Assembly: GCA_951406725.2 (NCBI GenBank)
Contig: OX597827.1
Coordinates: forward strand, 77,562,001-77,626,000
Reading direction: 5' to 3'
DNA: 64,000 nucleotides
Source: Octopus vulgaris
Taxonomy: Eukaryota
In this document: one piece after another, positions 39,355 to 52,569 of the stretch
Position numbering within the stretch: position 1 is the stretch's first letter
Layout: every line of letters begins with the position of its first letter
Program-made: the position numbers and the translations under genes
Notes under the pieces: model-generated
Told to the model about the DNA's origin: nothing
Databases searched by the model: none
Seen by the model: only the letters and a program-made list of their open reading frames with translations

Positions 39355-39990
39355 TTAACCCTTTTGTTACCAATCTGCCTCAAACCAGCTCTGGTTCTGT
39401 AGTACATATATTTTGTTTTCAAAAGTTTTGAATCTCTCACCAAAAATTTAAAATCTTTCACCAAACCTTAGTCACAATTAATGGTCCTATCGCTAGCTTA
39501 ATGATAACTAAATTATTTTACTAATTTCTCTGTTATATTTTAAATAATTGAGAGAAAAACAGAGCATCTCAACAGATATAGTCTTCTTGGCACTCCGTCG
39601 GTTACGATGACGAGTATTCCAGTTGATCCGATCAACGGAACAGCCTGCTCACAAAATTAACATGGAAGTGGCTGAGCACTCCACAGACATGTGTACCCTT
39701 AACATAGTTCTCGGGGGGAGATTCAGCATGACACAGAGTGTGACAAGGCTGGCCCCTTTGAAATACAGGTACAACAGAAACAGAAAGAGAGAAAGTTGTG
39801 GTGGAAGAGTACAGCAGGGTTCACCACCACCTCCTGCCAGAGCCTCGTAGATCTTTAGATGTTTTCAATCAATAAACACGCACAATGCCTGGTCTGGAAA
39901 TTGGAACTGCGGTCCTACAACCACGAGTCCGCTGCCCTAACCACTGGGCCATTGCGCTTCCACATAGAAATACAGTAACAAAAGGGTTAA
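39355..39990. mobile_element. piggyBac-type MITE containing a nested family D SINE (39590-39962, minus)
   Basis: TTAA-ccctttt and aaaaggg-TTAA termini; SINE homologous to 5194-5565. Confidence 0.85.
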
Positions 39991-41139
39991 TCTACCAAAC
40001 TGACAAAAAGAAATGGGTGAGAAATGCACTAATCCTTATCAGATGCACAACGAGAAAATTTGTGTGCAGAGTAATGCCTAATTTCTCCAGGTAAACCATG
40101 CCATGGCCTGTCTGAGGCTGAAGGGGTAGCACGTGTATGATTGGATTGTACAGACATGGAAGGAGAAAATGGAGGAAACAACCAGATTTGATGGTTCAAA
40201 CAGAGGAAATTAAACAAAAAAACAAAAGTTCTGCACATCTTTCAGCTACTAGACTGCAGCCATGCTGGAGCATCACTTTAAAGAGTTTAGTTCAACAAAT
40301 GGATATCAGTACATATTTTATTGATTGCTTTTTGCCAAACCACTAAGTTACAGCAACATAGGCAAACCAACACAAAGGGCTTCTTTCAGTTTCCATAGAC
40401 CAAATCCACTCACAAGGCTTCAGCTGGCCCTTAGCTATTGTAGAAGACACTATCAAGGTGGCATGTAGTGAGACTGAACCCAAAACCATGTGGTTGGGAA
40501 GCGAGCTTCTTACCACACAGCCATGCCTGCACAAAAAAAAAAAAAAAAAAACAGAAAAAAAATACAAAAGTTCAATAAAAAAAGAAATTTTTTAAGACAA
40601 CAAATTGTACGGAGACATTTTATCTAATTTTATTTCATCAAATTGTGAAATCTGTTATCTTACATAGCAAGCAAGCCTCTGTGGGTGTTATTTCTGCAAC
40701 AACTACTACTACTACAACTACTACAGATACTATTATTAGCTCTTCTACCATTGCAACTATTATTATTACTACTACTACTACTACTATTACAAACAATTTC
40801 CTCACATTGCCCCTTGAACTGTTTGATGGGCTAACACAAAGGGTTTAGGGATGGGGGGATGAGGGGTACAGCCAAACTGATTCAGTATCTTCAAAGATGT
40901 ATTCTCCAGCTTCAAGTCTGGGATGTGTTTTACCTTTACAAAAAAGCAAGGGGTTGGTGGGGGGGGGGGAGAAAAGGAGAGACTGAGAAAGAGAGGGTAA
41001 AAGTGACAAGGGATTAAAAAAATACAAAATAACATTAATAAAAAAAAAATGAAAATTTAATTAAAATTCTATTAAAATCATTATAATCAGAAATTTACAT
41101 ATATTTCATGTTAATGAATTATTATTTTTAGTAATAATA

Positions 41140-41786
41140 ATGGTTTCAAATTTTGGCACAAGGCCAGCAATTCTGGGGGAGGGGCTGTCGATTACATTGA
41201 CCCCAGTGTTCAACTGGTACTTATTTTATCGACCCCTGAAAGGGTGAAAGGCAAAGTCGACCTCAGTGGAATTTGAACTCAGAATGTCAAGACAGACAAA
41301 ATGCCACTCAGCCTTATGCCCAGCATGCTAACGATTCTTCCAGTTCACCACCTTAATTATGACGATAATGATTTTTCTTATTTGCTCCTTTTTAATTAGA
41401 CATGAAGCTACAATTTTAGGGGGAAAGTGTAATCCATTATAATGATCTCTGTACCTTCTCTCACACACACACACTCTCTCTCTGAAGGATAAAAGGCAAA
41501 GTTGGCCCAGGAGGGGAGTTGGACTCAGAACACAGACACTTTAGTTGCTCTGATTTTAAATAGCATTTATTAATTCTCATTCTTTCTAATTTTGGCCCCT
41601 CCTTTCCACTATTTTGAAGGGAGGAGCAAGTCAGTTACACTGGCCCCAGGACCTGAATGTATTTCATTAACCCTCCAATGAATAAAAGCTAATTTTGACC
41701 TTAGGCAGATTTGAACTCAGAATATCTCCGGCTCGGCCATGTCTACTGATCTGCCAGTAATAATATTGTTGTGACGTCTTTAAACT

Positions 41787-41824
<38 letters not shown>

Positions 41825-43612
41825 ACCAATTTATTAAGGGAGCAACTAGCAGTATGTTTTCTTCCATTGGCCCTCAACATCTTACTGGTAATTTAACTGC
41901 ATCACCCAACAATCACTTATAGGGATAAAAAATAAAATTGACAAGAGAGAAAGAGAGAGAGAGGGGCGAGGGAGAGAGTTTGGGGTATCAAAAAAGGCAG
42001 CCACAAAACCGTGTTCAATGTCTTCTCGAGTTTGAAATAGAAGCTTTTTTTTTTTTAAACCAAATCACATCCTCTAAAGATGATGATGATGAATTTGTGA
42101 ATTGGATGAGAACTACAAATTTACAAGGAAGGTAGGTCCTGTAGCAGTGAATTGAGAAGTGGGCCCTCATCCCCAGTATATGGGTTTTGTCTTTATTTCA
42201 GTGAAAACCTTCTTTTAGCCAAGGAGTGGAATAAAGGAAAAGTCAAAGTTGGCAGAAATTGAAATAAGGGGACAGGAGGGGAGAGAGAAAGGGTGGTTGG
42301 GGTGGGGGGAGAGAAATGAAACTGATTAATACTGTCTCTGCCATGCCACTGATCTTGATTGCAAACCTTGGCACAAGGCCACACATTTTCATCAGTAGGA
42401 GTTGATTTGATTGACCCAGAAGGATGATGATGATGATGATAATAATTATAATGGTTTCAAATTTTGGCACAAGGCCAGCAATTTCAGGGAAAGGCAGTAA
42501 GTTGATCACATCAACCCCAGTACTCAACTGGTACTTATTTAATTGACCCCAAAAGGATGAACGGCAAAGCTGACCGCAGTTGCATTTGAACTCAGAATGT
42601 GAAGAACTGGAAGAAATACCACAAGGCATTTTGTCCAAAGATTTTAATAATTCTTCCAGCTTGCTGCCAGAATAATAATGGCTTCAGGCTTGGCTACGAG
42701 GTCAGCAATTTTGAGGGCAGGGAGTGAGTTGAAATGCCAGTACTTGACCACTTGACTAGTAATTTTATTTCATTGGTCCTAAAAAATGAAAGGCAATGTT
42801 TGACTTTTGGTGGAAACTGAACTCAGAACACGGAGCGTCAGAATAAATACCATACAGCGTTTTTTCTGATGCTCAACCAGTCCTGCCAGGTCCCTCCATC
42901 TGCATAAAATATAATAGCAATAATAGTTATGCCTGGCTTAGAAAGGGGAGGCTCAGCTCATTTCACTGACCCTAGTAAAAGACTGGTACTTTAGTATGAT
43001 GATAATAATAATAATAATAGTAATGATAATTAGTATTAACAAAGTAGCTTGCATTGGATTTGAAATATGTAAAACATGGTAAAATGGTGAAAAATAAAAG
43101 GATGACACACATTAAAACTATGAACTATATGAAAAGCATGTTACATTAGATGAGTTGATTGATCAGTCGAGGGGAGGGAGAAGAAAGGGAAAGAGTGTGT
43201 GTGTGTGTGTGTAGGCATACACATGAATACACAGTCTTCACTTACCAACAAAGACAGGGGATTGGTGCAGTCAGGGGCCACCACTGTCATAGTCACATCA
43301 GATCTGTACATTAGAGTGTCTGTGTTTTTGCATAAATGAGTATATAAATAAGTGTGTGTCTGTATATATATATATATATATTTCTTTACTGCCCACAAGG
43401 GGCTAAACATAAAGGGGACAAACAAGGACAGATAAAGGGATTAAGTCGATTACATTGACCCCAGTGCGAAACTGGTACTTTATTTATCGACCCCGAAAGG
43501 ATGAAAGGCAAAGTCAACCTCGGCTGAATTTGAACTCAGAACGTAACGACAGACGAAATACAGCTAAGCATTTCGACCGGCGTGCTATCACTTCTGCCAG
43601 CTCGCCGCCCTA
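41140..43612 (-). mobile_element. Cluster of about 7 co-oriented SINE family A copies of differing divergence
   Basis: Copies near 41140, 41400, 41600, 42190, 42450, 42680 and 43385. Confidence 0.75.
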
Positions 43613-45741
43613 TGTGTATATATATATACACACACACACGTTTGAGAGGGTTATGAACATGGAAGAGGTACTGTTGGTGCTAGCAGAATGTAGCAAAGTG
43701 AATTACTGCAGCATGAGTATATAGAACCAGTGAGAGTGTGGGGTGGATGTGTGAACATACACATCAGTGTGTTGAGAGGTGCAGGCAGGACTGAGATTAA
43801 GAAGTTCACATCCCAACCACGTTTAAGTTCAGTATAGCATTTTGGACAAGTGGTTTATACTATGGCCCCAGGTCAACCAAAGCCTGTGAATGGATTTGGT
43901 GGATGGAAACTGAATGAAACCCATTGTATATTTGTGTCTGTTTACTCAACATCATTTGATGTCATCAACCCTTGCCTGCTTCCATGCAAGGTATAATTAA
44001 TTCTTTCATATCCTTCAATCAACGAACAGCTCAATGACCGAGCATATTTTTGTGGCAGATTTTAAACAACTGCATCGTTTTTCTGTATAAACGGTCACTT
44101 TGTTTTTAAACAATGTACAAACATCAAAGATAGGACACAAAGGATGAGCTGCCATCAGTTTCTGAGCACCAGTTCCATTCACACCCCAAACCATTGGCTA
44201 GTCTGAGGCCATCACAGAACTTACCAACCAATGTGGTTTTGGAGTGAATTCCTTTATTGCATGGCCATGCCAACACCGTAACAATATACACATTGACATC
44301 ACAAGAAGAGATTAGGACAAGGGTAACTTGTGCCCCCAACACCTTCATGGAGTTTTAAGAAGTGTGGGGGAATTTCTGGAGCAAGATGTAGTATTCTCCT
44401 TCACTTGCTGTGACACTAAATTGGGGAAAATACTGCAGTTGGTCTTTAAGATGACCGACCCAGCTGGGATAATATGTTCCAGCAACTCAAAACGAATGTC
44501 AGAGATCACAGGCTCAGCCAATTCACACTCAGTTTTAAGGGATCTCTACGCAAAGGAGATACTACAGGACACTTGATCTACTGAAAATAGCAGTCAAATC
44601 TCCTCTACATCACATCCAACCAGCTTTATTTGTAATCTTAGATAGACTATGACAGAAAAGACAAAAGATAAGAGTGGTCCCAGCTGGATCACCTTTGATC
44701 ATGCCTACTGGGTCAGTATTGACCAGGAGCCAATATAAAGTATTTTGGGTGGGCGGGTAGATAGTATGAAGGGTTGATGGCTGAACAATGGCTGAACAAT
44801 GACAGAGCAATAAGAACTGTTTCTGATTTAGGCACAAAGCCCCAGCAGTTTTAGAGAGAAAGGGACCAGTCTATTACACTGACCCCAGGACTTGACTGCT
44901 TACTGTAGAAGGATGAGAGGCAAAGTTGACCTTGGCAGGACTTCAATTCAGATTGTAAAGAACTAGAAGAACTACAGCCAGGCATTTCGTGTGATGGAAG
45001 TTCTGCTGATTCTACCCAACAGCCAGAATAACAATGGAAAGAAGCAGTGAATGGAGTCCATTTTGGCACCAGGATTTATCCGTAAGCAACAACACGCTTG
45101 AACTAAATTAGAACCACAAAAATGTTTGCAGAATTTCATAAAACTGACCCTTATTTACAAGATGATACAACCTTCTCAATCTCCTTCTTGGATAGAATAA
45201 GGGTGGATAAATTAAATATTCAGTTTCTGTATTACCTAATTTCTTTTTAAATAGCAGAGCAGCATGCTTCTCAAAAGAAGGCTGCCCCATGCTTGCTCTA
45301 CATGGTAGTTCAATCTGCTGGAAATGGCAGCTGAGTTTCCCTCAAATCACACCCTATCACCTTAAAACAAACAAAGGACACGTAGAGCAATATAGTCCTT
45401 GATATTATATAAAACGATGAGATTGGCATGGTTGGAATGGCTTTGGTCAAAGGCCTGCTCCATCTGGGATGATCTGGAGCTAATCAACAACAAACTATGA
45501 CGATTATTACCAAAATTGGGGTTTAGTTGTTTTTATCGTGGATATCTCCTTCAACAGAGTCGAGATTCTTTTACAAGGAAGGCACAGCTAGGTTTAGAAC
45601 CATTGTTCAGTGGCAGTAAAAGACCAAAAACAGCAGGACCACTACACCTTATTGAAGACTATACTGCTGCACCTACCCAAACACACACACACACACATCA
45701 TGTCTTTGTCAATATGGGTAATGATAACGCAAGTATGACTG

Positions 45742-46657
<916 letters not shown>

Positions 46658-48307
46658 TGGGGTGGGTCGAAAGGCCAAATCTCCTATATCCTTATATATA
46701 TCTCCCTATATGTATAATCAGTATATTTGTAGAGTTTTGTAAAAAGGGGGTGGGCGGGGCTTTTTTTCGTTTTCTTGTTTAAGAAGGAATTCACACAGCA
46801 CAAGGGGATGAGGGTTAGGGGACGGGGGTTGGTGGTGGTGGAGGGGTCAATCAAGCTGTAGTGGGTGTCCAATAAGTGAAACAAACATACATACATAAGA
46901 GTTTTTTTTTTTTCTTTAAAAACAAAAAAAAACTGACAAGCTTTCTTTAAATGTCATGCTTTTTAGTTAAGACACATATACACGTGTATATGAACTGAGT
47001 GTTGAGGGTGTATATGATGGCTAATGATTGAAGCTATGGCTAGTTGTCATTGTACATACATACGTATATACACACACATATATGTGTATGTACATATATA
47101 TAAATATACACATGCATACGTATAGGTCCACATGTGAATACATGAGATTGTGTATCAATTCAGTTTTAATGTAGGCAAATATGGGAGCTTTTCAGTTGAT
47201 TATTTACATGTTCTATATTCACACATATCTGTGTATACATGGCTACTATTTTCATGCACATATATATATATATATATATATATGCGTGTGTGCATGTATT
47301 AATGTGTGTGTGTGTGTGTGAGTTTATGCTTATCCAACAGACAGCCAATAAGTACTTATATATATATATATGAACTCCTAGATCTGTTTTACTTGACCTC
47401 TTCCTCTCCAGCATTCCACATTACACTGGGGGCTATGTGGCACATAAGGGAGCAGTTTGCCCTTCGTGCACTGCTGCTGCACCGCTTGCTCCTGTTGTTG
47501 TTGTTGTTCTTGCTGTACTCTTACTTGTCCCGTAAAGAAGCACTGATTTGTCCCAATCCAAAAATGGTCGGCAGTATTCGCAGACGTCTCGAACGCAGTT
47601 AGAGGTCACCCGTTTCTTATTGTTTAGCCAGGGGGGTCAACCTTAACTGAGTAGCCCTATAATCAAATCATTCCAACCACGACCATCACGTCTACAGTGA
47701 GCCACAATACGAGACCAGAAGACTGCATTGCAGTCACAGTTTAAGAGCATTCCTTTGAAGGTGTATGAAAGGTGGGGGTGGAGGCTGTAGCCATGGCCAT
47801 CCATCCTCACTGCCACACACATTAAACATTATTCAGGAACAGTCACTATTGTTAACAGGGAGGGAATTACAGAAGGTAAATGTTTGGGGTAGCAGGGAAG
47901 AAGGACTGGGTTTTTAACAGTGGGAGCAGCAGAATGTGGGGTGCTGGGTGGGATGGACACAGCAAAAACTCAACGTTTTTCTACAGTTGTGATGGCAGTA
48001 AGGGACAATGGTCTGTGCCACAAGTCTAGGAAGCAAGCAGCTGCATGGAGAGGGCATAACGAATTATATGCAAATTAGTTGTGGCTTTTCTCAGTAGATC
48101 GTTATAATGTGTGTTGTGTGATGGGGGGGGGCATAGAAGAAGAAGAAGAGAAAGGAACAATATCTAGAAGTGTGGAGAAACAGGGGAGAGAAAGAGTTGG
48201 GGGGGGGGACAGGATTTTCTTGGATATTTCAGTTGTTAGTGTTGTCATGAATTTTTTTTTTATACACAATAATGGTAATCATTGACTGTTCCTTTGTACA
48301 TATAAAT

Positions 48308-48355
<48 letters not shown>

Positions 48356-48951
48356 TATATAAATACACACACATATGTATATCTATTTGTCTATATGTAT
48401 GTATATGTGTAGCAATATACATAGGTAGAAATACCTCTACAGATTCATGTGTATATACTAGTGTACATATATAAATGTATGTGAATATGTGTACATGTAT
48501 TAGAGTACACACACACACATATATATCAGTGTATGTATGTATGTATGTATATATATATATATATATGTGTGTGTGTGGTGTGTATGTGTTGCATATAATT
48601 GAGATCTAATTACAATATCCCTCGTTAAAAAAAGGGACAGTTCATGTGTACAATGTTGGTTAGTGTTTGACCAACCACAAAAAGCCCACTATTCTCTTTC
48701 AGCCTGGTCAAGACTGATAATCTGGATAAAACTCACTCATTTGCCATTTGAAAGCAGCCATTCAGCAGCTGTTTTTTTACAACTGAATGGCCAGGAAATC
48801 ATTTCACAACTTGTAACAACCCTTGCTGTTGTTGTTGATGTTGTTGTTGATGACATTTGCTCATGAAAATCCATTCGTTTTTCAACGTTTACTTTGCAAC
48901 AAGACTTTCAATACTCTATAAGTCACCTGCTCCGTGCCAACATCCATGGGC

Positions 48952-51291
48952 CTACAGCTGCCACAGGTATGTGCTCATTGGTGGAAACTCTTCAATTGTT
49001 TTATTGTTGGAATTAACAGACACTTTGTGAGGTTTGCTGCTCGGTTGGGGTCCGTTGTGAGTCTTCTTGTGTCTCTGCAGGGTATCCCCTCGTGTGAACT
49101 GTTTCGGGCACATATCACAATGGTAGGCTTTCTCTCCGCTGTGTGTAATCTTGTGCAATCGCAGGTATTGTCTTTGAGCAAAAGACTTGAAGCATATCTC
49201 ACACTGGTACGGTTTCTCACCAGTGTGGGTTCGACAATGGATCTTCAAAGAGTTTTTCTGTGCAAACTGCTTCAGGCAGAAGTCACATTGAAATGGCTTT
49301 TCCCCAGTGTGGGTCCGTTTATGTAATCTTAGATAGTGTTTGTGGGCAAAGTTCTTGAGGCAGACGTCACACTGGAATGGTTTTTCTCCTGTGTGGGTTC
49401 GCTTGTGTATCTGTAATGTGTTTCTCTGAGCAAACTGTTTAAAACAAACTTCACATTGGAACGGTTTCTCTCCCGTGTGAGACCTCTGATGGACATGAAG
49501 ATAATGTCTCTGCGCAAACATCTTTAAGCAAATATCGCATTGATACTGACGCTTCGGTGCATGAGTGCGACGGTGAACTCGCAACTTATCGCTCTGGGCG
49601 AACCTCTTGTCACAAATCTCACAATGGAACGGTTTTTCCCCCGTGTGAGTCCTCCGGTGAATTTGAAGGGTCGTTTTGCGAGCAAATTTCTGGATGCAAA
49701 AGTCACACTGGAATGGTTTCTCTCCCGTGTGGGTTCTTCGGTGAATGATTAAGTAATGTTTTTGAGTGAACTTCTTCAAACAAATGTCACAGTGCATCAG
49801 TTTTTCACCGGTGTGCAGTCGTCGATGGATCTGTAGGTAATACCTTTGTGCAAAATGCTTCAGACAAAATTCGCATTGGTGCCGTTTCTTCAAAATGTGT
49901 GTTTTCTGATGAATCTGAAGCTTTATTCGCTGTGAAAATCTCTCCTGACAGACTTCACACTGGAATGGCATCTCTCCAGTATGGGTGCGTCGATGGATCT
50001 GAAGCGTGTCTCTTCGAGCAAATTTTTGGATACAGAAATCACATTGGAATGGTTTCTCCCCAGTATGAGTCCTCTTATGAATTTCAAGATAATTCCTCGT
50101 ACCGAAATACTTCATGCATACATCGCATTGAAATAGTTTATCTGGTGTAAACTGCTTTTTCGCCATTTGAGAATTCTCTTGCATAGGAACTTGGTAGCTG
50201 TTTCCAAGAACTTTGGGGGATTGGACAAGACCCTCCATATGGTTTTTCTTATGTCTTTTCATAACATCTTTGCGAGAGAACTGTTTGTTGCAGATATCGC
50301 ATTGGAACGGTTTCTCTCCTGTGTGTTTCCTTCGGTGCATGTGCATCAAATATTCCTGAGCAAACTTCTTGCCACAGTAATCGCAGAAGAGCTGCCTCAA
50401 TACTTGTGGTTTGGGTTGGCTTGGCGACAATTTGTTCGGGCCATATTGTTTTTGAGACACATCACCATGGAATGATTTATCAATACTAGAAGTGGAGCTC
50501 TTTTGAGAAGAACTCTCCTTAGATGATTGTCCGCCCTCCAAGCTTGACTGCATTCTGTCAGTAGTTGGTAGGTAACATGGTTGAGAATACTGGCTGCTGT
50601 ACATATTGTTACCAGGAAACACTGTCTGACCAATATAGGGCAGTCGCTGGCTCTCTATAGTCGACTCATGAGAGAACTGGCTCCCAGACAGGTCGCTGTT
50701 GCTATTGTTGTCTGGTTTGTCAACTGGTGAGGCTATTCTCTCCTTCTCCAAGTTATGTCTGTGGGAAGAGATCTGTTTACTGGAGATGCTGTTGTGAATG
50801 TTTTTCTCTGGAACATGTGACATCCTTGGAGTCTCCTGACAACTTCCATGAGACATATGCTTGCCGGAGCTATGGGAAGACTTCTCAGCCACATGAGAGA
50901 TCCTGTGTGTGTCATGGGAGTACTGCTTCCCAGAGTCACTGCTGCTATTGTGGATAGACTTCTCACCGGGTTCTAACATTCTTTGAGAGCTGTGTGAATG
51001 AGAAGAACTATGTCGATGGTGAATGTGCTTCCCAGAACTGTTGCTATGGTGATGGCTGGATTTCTCAGCAATCGGCGTCATCCTTTGCTGTGAGTGAGAA
51101 CTCTGTGAGCTATGAATAGGAAATTGTTTGCCCCCTAACGGAGCCATCCTTTGAGTATCAAGAGCATGTTCCTGGCCGAAATGCTTGCCAGAAAAGTCGC
51201 TAAGGGTTGGCATTCTTGGTGTGGGAAGTCTGTGATGGAATGGCATGCCATACATTTCACCATAGATTGGAATCCCGGCAGACCTCTCCAT
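48952..51291 (-). CDS. C2H2 zinc-finger protein, about 779 aa, 15 fingers (2+13), Ser/His-rich repetitive N-terminus
   Basis: 15 canonical fingers, mostly TGEKP linkers. The ORF-track start at 51315 is TTG; the first in-frame ATG is at 51291 in good context (ATCATGG). Acceptor ttttcactgtttcAG at 51392-51393. Confidence 0.95.
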   Translation of the reverse strand: MERSAGIPIYGEMYGMPFHHRLPTPRMPTLSDFSGKHFGQEHALDTQRMAPLGGKQFPIHSSQSSHSQQRMTPIAEKSSHHHSNSSGKHIHHRHSSSHSHSSQRMLEPGEKSIHNSSSDSGKQYSHDTHRISHVAEKSSHSSGKHMSHGSCQETPRMSHVPEKNIHNSISSKQISSHRHNLEKERIASPVDKPDNNSNSDLSGSQFSHESTIESQRLPYIGQTVFPGNNMYSSQYSQPCYLPTTDRMQSSLEGGQSSKESSSQKSSTSSIDKSFHGDVSQKQYGPNKLSPSQPKPQVLRQLFCDYCGKKFAQEYLMHMHRRKHTGEKPFQCDICNKQFSRKDVMKRHKKNHMEGLVQSPKVLGNSYQVPMQENSQMAKKQFTPDKLFQCDVCMKYFGTRNYLEIHKRTHTGEKPFQCDFCIQKFARRDTLQIHRRTHTGEMPFQCEVCQERFSQRIKLQIHQKTHILKKRHQCEFCLKHFAQRYYLQIHRRLHTGEKLMHCDICLKKFTQKHYLIIHRRTHTGEKPFQCDFCIQKFARKTTLQIHRRTHTGEKPFHCEICDKRFAQSDKLRVHRRTHAPKRQYQCDICLKMFAQRHYLHVHQRSHTGEKPFQCEVCFKQFAQRNTLQIHKRTHTGEKPFQCDVCLKNFAHKHYLRLHKRTHTGEKPFQCDFCLKQFAQKNSLKIHCRTHTGEKPYQCEICFKSFAQRQYLRLHKITHSGEKAYHCDMCPKQFTRGDTLQRHKKTHNGPQPSSKPHKVSVNSNNKTIEEFPPMSTYLWQL

Positions 51292-51632
51292 GATGATAAT
51301 GAAAGCATGAAACAAGAACTAGTAGAGTCTTAACGAATGTGGCTCGGACCGACTGATTGTCTTCTCAACAAAACAGGTCACACAGTACACTCTGAAACAG
51401 TGAAAAGAAAACAAAAATAAATACTATAGATATATATATATATACATGTAAAGATGTGTATATTTAATATATAAGTGCAAAAATGGCTATCAAATACAGA
51501 AGTGGTTTCTTACACTGGATTATACACAGGATTCTTGCAGCAGAGGAACCAGAAAAACTATTCACATTTTAGAGGAGGGGAGTTGGAAAAGTGCTAGGGT
51601 GTATAGGTGTGTGAGGTGTGAGTGTGTGTGTT

Positions 51633-51861
51633 TTAACCCTTTTGTTACCAACCCGGCTGAAACTGGCTCTGGCTCTGTAGTACAAATGTCTTGTTTTCAT
51701 AAGTTTTAATTTAAAAGCTTCCACCAAACCTTAGTTACAATTTATGTTCTTAACACTAGCTTAATGATAACTAAGTTACTTTACTAAATTCTTTGTTACA
51801 TTGAAAGTAATTGAAAGAAACACAGAGCATCTCAAAATAAATATAGTAAAGAAAGGGTTAA
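51633..51861. mobile_element. piggyBac-type MITE in the ZNF 5' intron
   Basis: TTAA-ccctttt ... gaaaggg-TTAA; close match to 25810-26037. Confidence 0.9.
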
Positions 51862-51872
51862 GATAAACTGAC

Positions 51873-52101
51873 CTGTAGAAGAACTGTCTGGGTTGACATG
51901 CTCCAGAGGAGAAAAAATCTTTGAAAAGGTTTTCTCCCTCTCTCTCCGTCTCTTCTTTTCTCTTCCCAACACCAGCAGGGCACCAAGTAGTGGCGACAAT
52001 TTATCGAGATACAGTTGGAGGTTAACGAGGCGGCTGTCACAACGACGCTGTAGTCAAAGGTCTCAGTCAATGTGAAGAACTGCTGCTTCCTCTGGTAAAA
52101 A
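51873..52101 (-). other. Probable 5' UTR exon of the 15-finger ZNF gene
   Basis: Non-repetitive 229 nt block bounded on the minus strand by ttattttgtAG and CAG/GTCAGT, about 480 nt upstream of the coding-exon acceptor. Confidence 0.65.
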
Positions 52102-52569
52102 CCTACAAAATAACAGCAACAACATTTAAAGCAGGTGAAGTCAAAATAAGCATCGTAATAAGGATTTCTAAGAGAGGTCCAAGGTTTGAGATTTAAGAGG
52201 GAGATGTAGTCAGTTATATGAAGCTCTGTAATTAACAGGTTCTCTATCTTAATGAGCATGGAAAGATAAAGAGCTAAGAAGCACAATTAAGTACAGGGTG
52301 GCTTTGTTCGATGCTCTAACGACACTGCCAATCCATCACCCTATAATAACGATGATGATGATGATGATGATGACAATGATTACAACCATGATAATTAACA
52401 ACCAAATATCAAAACTTCTAATGTCCAGAAAGAGACCCTGTGAGACCTCGGACAGCAGGATGCTGTCCACTCTCACAGGATCTACCAGGGCAAACAAAAA
52501 TGAGCACTCTGAGAAGTAAAACGATGATGATGATAATGATAATCGTAATCATCATCATCATCATCAAGG

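Noticed and set aside
50443-51201. Restoration of the fossil fingers by A-to-I RNA editing
   Set aside because: A-to-I cannot convert Ser codons to Cys (AGY gives Gly; TCN stays Ser) or Gln to His
51292-51315. ORF-track start of the 787 aa protein
   Set aside because: The codon at 51315 is TTG; the first in-frame ATG is at 51291
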